Assembly (NCBI GenBank): GCA_963796955.1
Contig: CAWCNJ010000009.1
Span: forward strand, 1-64,000
Source of the DNA: Endomicrobiales bacterium
GTDB taxonomy: Bacteria > Elusimicrobiota > Endomicrobiia > Endomicrobiales > JALOBY01
Direction of reading: 5' to 3'
DNA: 64,000 bases
Under the pieces are notes generated by a model. The model did no database searches, had not been told where the DNA came from, and worked only from the letters and a program-made list of their open reading frames with translations. Below, piece by piece: positions 9,816-18,518 of this stretch (positions within the stretch are counted from its first letter, which is position 1; the number at the start of each line of letters is the position of its first letter). Both the position numbers and the translations under genes were made by a program.

Positions 9816-9930
9816 CTAAGCAGTAGGTTACAGGTTCGATCCCTGTTGAGGGCGCTAGTTTTAGAATGTTTAAAATGGGTTGGTATTTCCACAGCAGAAA
9901 TGCGTACCGACCTACATGAAATGTCGTAAT

Positions 9931-10003
9931 GGTGGTTATAGTGTAATGGTTAGCACGAGGGATTGTGGATCCCTTAGTACGGGTTCAAATCCCGTTAGCC
10001 ACC
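9931..10003 (+). tRNA. tRNA-His(GTG)
   Basis: G-1 and C73; anticodon arm AGGGA-TT-GTG-GA-TCCCT; T arm ACGGG-TTCAAAT-CCCGT. Confidence 0.95.
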
Positions 10004-10094
10004 CTTCAAATGTTAAATGTGTTGAAAAATCAGTGTGAAGTGGAGTTTGTCGTCGGTATACCCCTAAGGGGACATAAATAGTGTTTTAAGACGG

Positions 10095-10124
10095 AAGCAA
10101 CAGGTTCGAGCCTGTTGCTTTTTT
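10095..10124 (+). terminator. intrinsic terminator after the tRNA unit
   Basis: AAGCAACAGG-TTCGAG-CCTGTTGCTT followed by a T run. Confidence 0.7.
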
Positions 10125-10267
10125 CTGTTATGATGTTAAATATTATTGTCTTTGTGAAAACATTTCGTAAAAACGGACCGGTAATGAATGTCCGGCCATG
10201 TTTGCTAAAGAAATTAAAAAGAGTTAAAATCTGATTATGCTTCACCGATAGAGGGGTCTTATAGAAA

Positions 10268-11791
10268 ATGGCATTACCGATAAGTATCGATGAGTTAATT
10301 AACGGGCAGGCGGTGGAGTCCGAAAGAATAGAATTCAAGGAAGGCTGGAATCCTGAAGAAATTCTTCATTCACTCTGCGCTTTTGCCAATGACATTAATA
10401 ACTGGGGCGGCGGATACATAATTATCGGCATTAAATCTGATAAAGGCAAGCCTATTTTGCCGCCTAAAGGATTAAGCTCCGAACAAGTTGATTCCTGTCA
10501 GAGGAAACTTCTTGAACTGTGCCACAAAATTACTCCGAATTATTTTCCTGTATCGTCGGTCGAAAAATATGAAGGTAAGCTCATTCTTGTTTTATGGGCT
10601 TTTGGTGGAGAAACAAGGCCATATAAAGCTCCAAAGACGCTCGGCAAGAAACCGGAGCAAATATATTATGTGCGCAGATTCTCATCAACAATAAAAGCAA
10701 ATCATTCCGAACAGAACCATCTCTACGCGCTGGCAGCAAAAGTGCCTTTTGACGACAGAATTAATCATAATGCTTCCATTGAAGAGTTCAACCCACACCT
10801 TATTAAAGCCTTCCTTAAGGAAGCCGGCAGCGATCTTCATTCAATAATGGATTCTATGCAGTTGAAAGAGTTGTGCACGCAGATGCAGATCGCACGCGGC
10901 TCAAATGAATTCTTCAGGCCTGTAAACGCTGGATTGTTGCTTTTTACTAATAACCCGGAAAAATATTTTAGAGATACCAGGATAGAGGTCGTTGAGTACC
11001 ATGATGAAATCGGCGACAAGTTTACCGAAAAGATATTCACTGGCCCTATTCATATGCAGCTTAGAGAAGCGCTCCGGTACATCAAAAATATGTTTATTAT
11101 TGAACAGGTAATAAAAATTCCAGACCAGGCTGAAGCAATGAGGTTCTTTAATTACCCTTACACGGCTATAGAGGAATCTCTCGCCAATGCCGTTTATCAC
11201 AAAAGTTATGAGGAGAGAAATCCCATTGAGGTTAATATCCGTCATGATAAAATAGAAATACTTTCTATCCCGGGCCCTGTTTTGCCAATTGACAACAAAA
11301 TGCTTAAACAGAGAGTAGTTGTTGCCCGCACATATCGAAACAGGCGCATAGGGGATTTTCTTAAAGAGATAGATTTAACAGAAGGCAGGAGCACCGGCTT
11401 TCCGAAAATTCGCCGAGCAATGAAGTTTAACGGCTCGCCACAACCGACTTTTGAAACGAATAAAACCCGGGACTATTTTTTAACGATACTGAAAATTCAT
11501 CCAAAGTTTAAACAAAAGGCCCACGCTGAGGCCCAAGTCAGGCACCAAGTCGGCACTAAGTCGGCACTAAGTGAGCAGCAAACAAATATACTGCGTAAAT
11601 GTATAGTTGAATCGACGATATTGGAATTGATGTCCATTGTTAAAAGATCCGACCGCACCAAATTTAGGAACCAAGTGTTGAATCCTCTAATTGAAGAAGG
11701 TTACATTGAAATGACTATTGCCGATAAGCCTCAAAGCAGTAAACAAAAATATAAAACTACGGAAAAAGGTTTAGGGTATATTAGGCAGTAA
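10268..11791 (+). CDS. Schlafen/AlbA_2 domain + HATPase-like (RecG C-terminal) domain + C-terminal HTH protein
   Basis: ESERIEFKEGW..CAFAND..GGYIIIG; EESLANAVYHKSY; YRNRRIG..EGRSTG; PQSSKQKY. Confidence 0.85.
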   Translation: MALPISIDELINGQAVESERIEFKEGWNPEEILHSLCAFANDINNWGGGYIIIGIKSDKGKPILPPKGLSSEQVDSCQRKLLELCHKITPNYFPVSSVEKYEGKLILVLWAFGGETRPYKAPKTLGKKPEQIYYVRRFSSTIKANHSEQNHLYALAAKVPFDDRINHNASIEEFNPHLIKAFLKEAGSDLHSIMDSMQLKELCTQMQIARGSNEFFRPVNAGLLLFTNNPEKYFRDTRIEVVEYHDEIGDKFTEKIFTGPIHMQLREALRYIKNMFIIEQVIKIPDQAEAMRFFNYPYTAIEESLANAVYHKSYEERNPIEVNIRHDKIEILSIPGPVLPIDNKMLKQRVVVARTYRNRRIGDFLKEIDLTEGRSTGFPKIRRAMKFNGSPQPTFETNKTRDYFLTILKIHPKFKQKAHAEAQVRHQVGTKSALSEQQTNILRKCIVESTILELMSIVKRSDRTKFRNQVLNPLIEEGYIEMTIADKPQSSKQKYKTTEKGLGYIRQ

Positions 11792-11857
11792 ATCGTATGA
11801 ATTGTTGAATTTTTAAATCCCATTCATAAATCATACAGAATGTGTTAAAGAGTAGCC

Positions 11858-11935
11858 GCAAAACAGGTTCGAACATCGTTCCATTGGGGACCCCAATAAA
11901 ATGATGTTCGAACCTATAGGTTTGGACGTCATTTT
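11858..11935. repeat. intergenic palindromic element, copy 1
   Basis: 11858-11915 is identical to 13200-13257; contains a long inverted repeat. Confidence 0.9.
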
Positions 11936-12025
11936 TTTACTGGTGAGCCGCAAATGTTTGTTGTTCTTGAGGTGTCATGACTCCCAGTAATTGACATAAT
12001 TGAGGGAATGTTATATACTTGGCTT

Positions 12026-13153
12026 ATGAAAATACCCAGGATCTATCAAGATTTAAAAGGCTTGCTTGTTCCAAATAAGGCGCTTATTATTTACGGCCCC
12101 CGGCAGGTCGGGAAGACGACGTTGCTAAAAGATTTTCTTTCAAAAACAAAATTGAAATGGAAACTTGATTCCGGAGATAATATTAAAACGCAGCATGTTT
12201 TTGGTTCACAGGACTTTTCTGTGCTGAAGGACTATGTCGAAGGTTATGATCTTATAGCTATTGACGAGGCTCAGAAAATTAAGGGTATTGGGCAGGGCTT
12301 AAAGATACTAGTAGATCAGGTGCCGGGTCTCAGGATTATCGCCACCGGTTCTTCGTCGTTTGAATTGGCCGGGCAGGTGGGCGAGCCATTGACGGGAAGA
12401 AAGCATACCCTGACATTATACCCTATTGCGCAGATGGAACTTGCCATGCTTCATAATGCCCATGAACTGAAAGAAAGCTTAACGGAAAACCTGATTTATG
12501 GAAGCTATCCTGAGGTGATAACTACAAAAAACAAACATGAGAAAGTGAGGCTTCTTGAAGATATGGTCCATTCCTATTTGTTAAAAGATATTCTTGAACT
12601 TGAGAAAGTGAAGAGTTCAAAGGTATTGCTTGATATCCTTCGGCTTCTGGCATTTCAGATGGGTTGTGAAGTTTCGCTTACGGAGATAGGCACGCAGGTT
12701 GGTGTTGACCATAAAACGGTCGCTCGGTATATTGATTTATTTGAAAAATCTTTCATTCTGTTCAACTTGCGAGGGTTTAATAAGAATTTGCGTAAGGAAG
12801 TGACAAAGAAAAGCAAATACTTTTTTTATGACAATGGCATACGTAACGCGATAGTTTCAAATTTCAATGCGCTTGAACTTCGTAACGATATTGGGCAGCT
12901 TTGGGAAAATTTTGTCTTTATTGAGCGTCTTAAGAAAAGGTCATATAAAGACGTTTTCGCGAACTGTTACTTCTGGCGTACCTGGGATCAAAAAGAGATC
13001 GATCTTGTTGAAGAAAGGGATGGAAATCTTTTTGGTTATGAAATGAAGTGGTCTAAAACCCACACAAAGCCACCTGCCGATTGGGTCGCTGCATACAAGA
13101 ATGCCAGTTACGAAGTTATCACCAAAGAGAACTATCTAAGCTTCGTTGCATAA
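12026..13153 (+). CDS. AAA family ATPase with DUF4143 and C-terminal nuclease-like domain
   Basis: GPRQVGKT Walker A; IDEAQ; ATGSSS; LWENF; EIDLV..YEMKW. Confidence 0.9.
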   Translation: MKIPRIYQDLKGLLVPNKALIIYGPRQVGKTTLLKDFLSKTKLKWKLDSGDNIKTQHVFGSQDFSVLKDYVEGYDLIAIDEAQKIKGIGQGLKILVDQVPGLRIIATGSSSFELAGQVGEPLTGRKHTLTLYPIAQMELAMLHNAHELKESLTENLIYGSYPEVITTKNKHEKVRLLEDMVHSYLLKDILELEKVKSSKVLLDILRLLAFQMGCEVSLTEIGTQVGVDHKTVARYIDLFEKSFILFNLRGFNKNLRKEVTKKSKYFFYDNGIRNAIVSNFNALELRNDIGQLWENFVFIERLKKRSYKDVFANCYFWRTWDQKEIDLVEERDGNLFGYEMKWSKTHTKPPADWVAAYKNASYEVITKENYLSFVA

Positions 13154-13199
13154 GTTGAAAGTATTAATAAAATCAAGCAGAATCAGCTAATTAGCAGCA

Positions 13200-13278
13200 G
13201 CAAAACAGGTTCGAACATCGTTCCATTGGGGACCCCAATAAAATGATGTTCGAACCTCAAAGGTTTGGACATCATTTT
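13200..13278. repeat. intergenic palindromic element, copy 2
   Basis: Near-identical to 11858-11935. Confidence 0.9.
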
Positions 13279-13356
13279 ATAATTTTGCAGAAATCGGCTG
13301 GGGATATTGATGTAACCACACTTTACATTTGGTTAAGTTTATTGTAAAATGGTGTT

Positions 13357-14493
13357 ATGATAACAAGAACCCTTTGGCTGAACAAGATCAAAGATTGTTG
13401 GAAGAAGCGCTCTCTCGTTTGGCTGAGTGGTGTTCGTCGTGTTGGTAAAACGACTCTCGCGAAAGAGTTTAAAGATGCCTTATACCTAAACTGCGACCTC
13501 CCCAGTGTCAGAGAAATGCTGCAAGACCCCGAATTTTTCTACAAGAATTGCTCCCATCCTATCATTATCTTTGATGAGATACACCAGCTTGAAGATCCCA
13601 GCCAGATTTTGAAAATTGGCGCGGATGAGTTTAGCCGTATTAAGATCCTTGCAACGGGATCTTCAACTCTTGCTGCTACAAGAAAATTCAAGGATTCACT
13701 GGCCGGCCGAAAATTTAATGTATCAATGCTACCGGTTCTCGTTACTGAGTGTCACGATTTTGGTGTGACTGATATACGCAAACGCCTGTTATACGGCGGT
13801 TTACCCAATGCGTTGTTATCCGCGCAGAAAGATCCTGCACTCTACTCAGAGTGGCTAGATTCATTTTACGCCCGGGATGTACATGAGCTATTCAGAGTTG
13901 ATAAACGTCACGGGTTCCTTCAGTTGTGTGAGTTGCTTCTCAGGCAAAGCGGGGCATTGCTTGAGGTAACCAGCCTGGCTAAACATGCAGGCCTTAGTAG
14001 GCCAACGGTAATGAATTATCTGGAAATCCTTCAGGCAACACTTGTGTTGCGTTTAGTTCGGCCCTTCCACGGTGGCGGACGCCAGGAGATTATCAGCCAA
14101 CCCAAAGCATACGGATTTGATACGGGATTTATTTCCTATTATAAAGGTTTCACCGAACTTCGTGAAGATGATTGCGGCATTCTGTGGGAGCATTTGGTTT
14201 TGGATTATTTAATAAGCACATGTCAGCCGGACAAGTTATATTATTGGCGGGATAAGCAGAAGCGGGAAATAGATTTCATATATGCGGCAGATTCAAAGAA
14301 TGTTCATGCGATCGAGTGCAAGTGGAACCCCGCTGCTTTCGATGTTAAGGCGATCAAGGCTTTTCGCGAGATATATCCCGGCGGAAAAAATGTTGTAGTC
14401 AGTCCGAAAGTAATGACCCCATACAAAAAGAAGATTGGTGAAATTGAAGTTATATTTACAGGTATTACGGCCGAGTCAACTAATATTTTTTAA
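13357..14493 (+). CDS. AAA family ATPase with DUF4143 and C-terminal nuclease-like domain
   Basis: GVRRVGKT; FDEIH; ATGSS; LWEH; EIDF..IECKW. Confidence 0.9.
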   Translation: MITRTLWLNKIKDCWKKRSLVWLSGVRRVGKTTLAKEFKDALYLNCDLPSVREMLQDPEFFYKNCSHPIIIFDEIHQLEDPSQILKIGADEFSRIKILATGSSTLAATRKFKDSLAGRKFNVSMLPVLVTECHDFGVTDIRKRLLYGGLPNALLSAQKDPALYSEWLDSFYARDVHELFRVDKRHGFLQLCELLLRQSGALLEVTSLAKHAGLSRPTVMNYLEILQATLVLRLVRPFHGGGRQEIISQPKAYGFDTGFISYYKGFTELREDDCGILWEHLVLDYLISTCQPDKLYYWRDKQKREIDFIYAADSKNVHAIECKWNPAAFDVKAIKAFREIYPGGKNVVVSPKVMTPYKKKIGEIEVIFTGITAESTNIF

Positions 14494-14627
14494 TAAGTGC
14501 ACTGGAGCAACAACGAGTGAACCCGTACTTTTTTCATAAGTAAGCCAGGTTTTAAATAGGTTTAATATATATAAATTGACGCGGGCCCCAGTACTTGCTA
14601 CCATGGCTCTGGCATAAGGGGTTTGCA

Positions 14628-15257
14628 GTGAGCGATCGTAAAACTTTAATTTATGTGGTTGATGATGATATCTCGGTGCGAAGGGCCATATCTCTGTTGT
14701 TGGGGTCGCACGGTTTTACTGTAGAGACCTTCAGTTGCGCCCAGGAATTTCTGGCCGCGAAACATACCAAATCACCCTCCTGTATAATCCTTGACATTCA
14801 ATTGCCGGGCATTGATGGATTGGCGCTTCAGCAGGAGATGGCGAAACGCCAGCTGGTGATACCCATAGTGTTCATTACCGGACACGGCGATATACCGATG
14901 AGCGTAAAGGGGATGAAAGCGGGAGCGGTTGATTTCCTTCCCAAACCCTTTACTGAAAAGACCTTGCTTAACGCCGTGGATCTTGCTGTCTCAAAAAGTA
15001 AGATCCAAAATAAGGAGCGGATCGAAATAGCAAAGATCAAAAGACGCGCCAAGACCCTGTCCCCGCGTGAATTTGAAGTGTTTCGTTTCGTGGCCAAAGG
15101 CATGTTGAGTAAACAGATCGCTTATAAACGGGGAACTTCCCTCCAGACAATAAAAGTTCACCGCGCGCGCGTGATGCAAAAGATGCAGGCCCAAACTGTC
15201 ACAGAACTTATCCGCTTCGCCCAACTCGCAGGCATTAATTCTCCCGTAACTCTTTAA
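14628..15257 (+). CDS. FixJ/TodT-type response regulator (REC + LuxR HTH)
   Basis: VVDDD; ITGHGDIPM; LSPREFEV; TIKVHRARVMQKM. Confidence 0.92.
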   Translation: MSDRKTLIYVVDDDISVRRAISLLLGSHGFTVETFSCAQEFLAAKHTKSPSCIILDIQLPGIDGLALQQEMAKRQLVIPIVFITGHGDIPMSVKGMKAGAVDFLPKPFTEKTLLNAVDLAVSKSKIQNKERIEIAKIKRRAKTLSPREFEVFRFVAKGMLSKQIAYKRGTSLQTIKVHRARVMQKMQAQTVTELIRFAQLAGINSPVTL

Positions 15258-15372
15258 GGCGCAAACTCCCGCATTTGTCCAACCCTGTCTGTTATACCCG
15301 AGTGCAATTGACCCGATCATGTAAATGGCATATTATTACGCATGCACACACAGAATAAAGGAGACGAACTGT

Positions 15373-15846
15373 ATGAATCGCTCACACGTTGTGTTCTTGG
15401 TATTGATCGGCGCTTTGTTGCTTCCTGGTATTGCTTCGGCCGGTGATGAAATGGGGCTTGGTGTTATTATCGGCGCGCCAACAGGTGTCAGCGGCAAGCT
15501 GTGGAAAGGCGACAACCGCGCCGTTGACGCCGCCATCGGCTGGTCTCTTGGAGATAACGATTCTTTTTACCTTCATTCTGACTACCTGATACAAAATCCG
15601 CGTCAATTCGTGGTAAGCGAGGGGAAGATGCCGTTTTATTACGGCATCGGCGCACGACTTCGCAGCGACCGTGACAGGGACGCGCGCCTTGGCGTGAGAT
15701 TACCGCTGGGTCTTGAATATTTATTTCAGGACGCTCCGCTAAATATGTTCATAGAGATCGCTCTGGTACTTGATCTTACCCCCAGAACCACTGCCGACCT
15801 GAACGCCGGCATCGGTGTAAGATACCGTTTCGATAGCCGCAGATAA
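15373..15846 (+). CDS. outer-membrane beta-barrel protein (DUF3996-like)
   Basis: Signal peptide; GLGVIIGAPTGVSGK; C-terminal GVRYRF. Confidence 0.7.
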   Translation: MNRSHVVFLVLIGALLLPGIASAGDEMGLGVIIGAPTGVSGKLWKGDNRAVDAAIGWSLGDNDSFYLHSDYLIQNPRQFVVSEGKMPFYYGIGARLRSDRDRDARLGVRLPLGLEYLFQDAPLNMFIEIALVLDLTPRTTADLNAGIGVRYRFDSRR

Positions 15847-15941
15847 CATTATGTAGTTCCACGGCAAAGTCTTGTGTTGACTTTGCCGTGGTAATCCTGT
15901 ACTGTAGCAATAGGCGCACACACCGCTTCCAATCGAGGAAA

Positions 15942-18143
15942 ATGCAAACGAAAAATAGTATCGTTGAAGATGTAGCCGCGGAAAAAAAGTATTTTGAAAT
16001 TATCTTTGATCTTTTACGCAGCGCTAAAGGCGTAGACTTCGCGTACTATAAGCCACCCACCGTAAGACGGCGTATATCCCGGCGTATGATATTGCTAAAA
16101 TTAAGTAAGTTTACCGACTATGTAAAAGTCCTTAAAAAAAGCAAGACAGAGCTTAATTACCTTTATGATGACATGCTGATAAACGTTACAAGGTTCTTCC
16201 GCGAGCCGGATGTCTTCGACACGCTTAAAAAACAATCCCTCATTAAGATAACCAAAAATAAAACAAAAAACGATGTTGTCAAGATATGGGTACCGGGCTG
16301 CTCCAGCGGCGAGGAAGTATATTCTATCGCAATATGCCTGGCGGAGGTGCTGGGAAAAAAGATGTCAAAGGTCCCTGTGAAGATATTCGGAAGTGATATT
16401 AACGAGAAATGTCTCACCAAAGCGCGTAGAGGCATTTACGACGGCACAATAACGAACGATGTTTCCGCCGGGCGTTTAAAAAGATTCTTCACAAAGGACG
16501 GCAATTCCTATAAGGTTTCCAAACAGCTCAGGGATATGTGCATATTCTCAAAACAAAATGTGCTCGACGATCCGCAGTACTCAAATTTAGACCTTGTCAG
16601 CTGCCGCAACCTTTTGATCTACATGCAGCCGGCCTTGCAGAAAAAGATCGTTAATATATTCAATTACGCGCTGAGGCCCGGTGGTTTTTTACAGCTCGGA
16701 AACTCAGAATCATTGTGCGGATCTTCGGACGCTTTTAAAGAGTTGAACATTAAAAACAAGCTGTTCGTGAAAAAACAGTCTGTGTTGAAGCCGCCAAAAC
16801 AGTCTCAGGAAAAACACAACCCCCGGGCCAATACATCCGTTAAACGAGGGAAGATCTCTTTAAGCAGTGAAGAACTTCAAAGCGCGAATGAAGAGCTTGA
16901 GACTGCGAAAGAAGAACTGCAATCTTCAAATGAAGAGCTTCTTACAACTAATGAAGAATTGCAGGAGCGTAACATTGAATTGGATACGATCAAAAGATCA
17001 GTGGATGATGCGAGGGAATATTCGGAGAGTGTCATCAATACTATCCGTGAACCCTTGATAGCCCTGGACCAGGACTTGAGAGTCGTCTCGGTCAGCCGCT
17101 CGTTTTATGAATTTTTCAAAGTGAAGCCTGCAGAAACTGTGGGTCAGCTTATTTATAATCTTGGCAATAAGCAGTGGGATATACCGGGTCTTAGGGAGCT
17201 GCTGGAAACCATCCTGCCTAAGAAAGCAACCTTTGATAACTACGAGGTGGAACACGACTTCGCCACTATCGGCAGGAGAATAATGCTTTTGAACGCTCGG
17301 CAAATTCAACGCGTAATGGGCAAAGATCGGATAATACTTCTTGCCATCGAAGACATTACCGAGCGAAGGAAAATAGAGAACGGGCTTGAAAAAGCGCATG
17401 AAGAACTTAACGCGCTCGCCAACGAGCTGCAGCGTACCGCGCGCGTCAAGTCGGAATTCCTGGCAAATATGTCGCATGAGCTCAGGACTCCGCTTAACTC
17501 AATTAACGGGTTTTCAGAAGTGTTGTACGACGAAACTTTTGGAAAGCTTAATAATAAACAAAAGGTATATGTTAATAACGTTCTTACAAGCGGCAAACAC
17601 CTGCTTTTGCTGATCAATCAGATCCTTGATATGGCAAAAGTTGAGTCGGGAAAAATGAACCTTGCTTTGGCTTGTCTGCCCCTGAAAGAGCTATTGCATG
17701 AGATGTCGCTTTTGGTCGCGGATATGGTGAGCAAAAAGAACATTCATATGGTGCTTGAGATCGGTGAAGAACTGCCGAATATTGAAGCCGATGAACTTAA
17801 AATTAAAGAGATACTCTATAACCTTCTGTCGAACGCGGTAAAATTCACGCATGGGGGCGGTAAGATCGGCATACGAACCCGAACGAACGCTTCTGAAGTT
17901 GAAATTGTCGTGTGGGATACCGGTATCGGCATTGCGGCTGAAAATATGGGGAAAATATTCGAAGGGTTCTTTCGCGTGGATACGCCCTATTCACGGGTTA
18001 CGGAAGGGACCGGCCTTGGTTTGTCGTTGTCGAAGAAGTTCGTTGAATTACACGGCGGAAGGATATTCGTTGAATCCGCGGGGCTTGGCAAAGGCACTTC
18101 GGTACGCTTTACACTTCCTATCGTTTCAAAGAAGGCGGCCTAA
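15942..18143 (+). CDS. CheR-type methyltransferase + PAS + histidine kinase fusion
   Basis: INVTRFFRE, WVPGCSSGEE and SCRNLLIY; EELQSANEEL coil; FLANMSHELRTPL; GTGLGL. Confidence 0.9.
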   Translation: MQTKNSIVEDVAAEKKYFEIIFDLLRSAKGVDFAYYKPPTVRRRISRRMILLKLSKFTDYVKVLKKSKTELNYLYDDMLINVTRFFREPDVFDTLKKQSLIKITKNKTKNDVVKIWVPGCSSGEEVYSIAICLAEVLGKKMSKVPVKIFGSDINEKCLTKARRGIYDGTITNDVSAGRLKRFFTKDGNSYKVSKQLRDMCIFSKQNVLDDPQYSNLDLVSCRNLLIYMQPALQKKIVNIFNYALRPGGFLQLGNSESLCGSSDAFKELNIKNKLFVKKQSVLKPPKQSQEKHNPRANTSVKRGKISLSSEELQSANEELETAKEELQSSNEELLTTNEELQERNIELDTIKRSVDDAREYSESVINTIREPLIALDQDLRVVSVSRSFYEFFKVKPAETVGQLIYNLGNKQWDIPGLRELLETILPKKATFDNYEVEHDFATIGRRIMLLNARQIQRVMGKDRIILLAIEDITERRKIENGLEKAHEELNALANELQRTARVKSEFLANMSHELRTPLNSINGFSEVLYDETFGKLNNKQKVYVNNVLTSGKHLLLLINQILDMAKVESGKMNLALACLPLKELLHEMSLLVADMVSKKNIHMVLEIGEELPNIEADELKIKEILYNLLSNAVKFTHGGGKIGIRTRTNASEVEIVVWDTGIGIAAENMGKIFEGFFRVDTPYSRVTEGTGLGLSLSKKFVELHGGRIFVESAGLGKGTSVRFTLPIVSKKAA

Positions 18144-18518
18144 GTGAAAATGAAAGCCCTGATAGTAGATGACAATATCAAAAACCTGATGCTGGAAAAA
18201 GATCTTCTGGATGTGGCCGGCTTCGATGTGTATGAAGCCGAAAACGCGACCGTCGGGATAGATATCGCCAGAAAAGAAAAGCCGGATATCATCATTATGG
18301 ATATCAGGCTGCCCGATATGCGCGGTTCCGAGGCAGCGCGCGTATTACGCATGGGTAAGGGAACAAGCGATATTCCTATCATCTTCGTGACAGCCTCAGT
18401 AGTTGAAGGCATGGAAGATATCAGCAACATATCTAACAGCGGCTTTATTGGAAAGCCGATAAATACCAGGACGTTCGCCAAAGAGATAGCAGAGTTCCTT
18501 AAAAAGATAATGAAATGA
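18144..18518 (+). CDS. single-domain response regulator
   Basis: IVDDN; MDIRLP; KP motif. Confidence 0.9.
   Translation: MKMKALIVDDNIKNLMLEKDLLDVAGFDVYEAENATVGIDIARKEKPDIIIMDIRLPDMRGSEAARVLRMGKGTSDIPIIFVTASVVEGMEDISNISNSGFIGKPINTRTFAKEIAEFLKKIMK

Larger units (their letters stand above)
9116..9854 (+). tRNA. tRNA-Arg(TCT), intron-containing (exons 9116-9150 and 9816-9854)
   Basis: Joined exons give acceptor GCCCTCA/TGAGGGC, D arm GCTC/GAGC, anticodon arm ACTGC-CT-TCT-AA-GCAGT and T arm ACAGG-TTCGATC-CCTGT. Confidence 0.93.

Noticed and set aside
11535..11572. AAGTC(A)GGCACY 11-12 bp tandem repeat as a phase-variation switch
   Set aside because: The ORF stays open and the repeat lies in the low-complexity linker typical of this protein family.
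11858..13278. Repeat pair as a CRISPR array, IS ends or canonical integron attC
   Set aside because: Only two direct copies 1342 bp apart; no transposase, cas or intI gene; no clear RYYYAAC/GTTRRRY ends.
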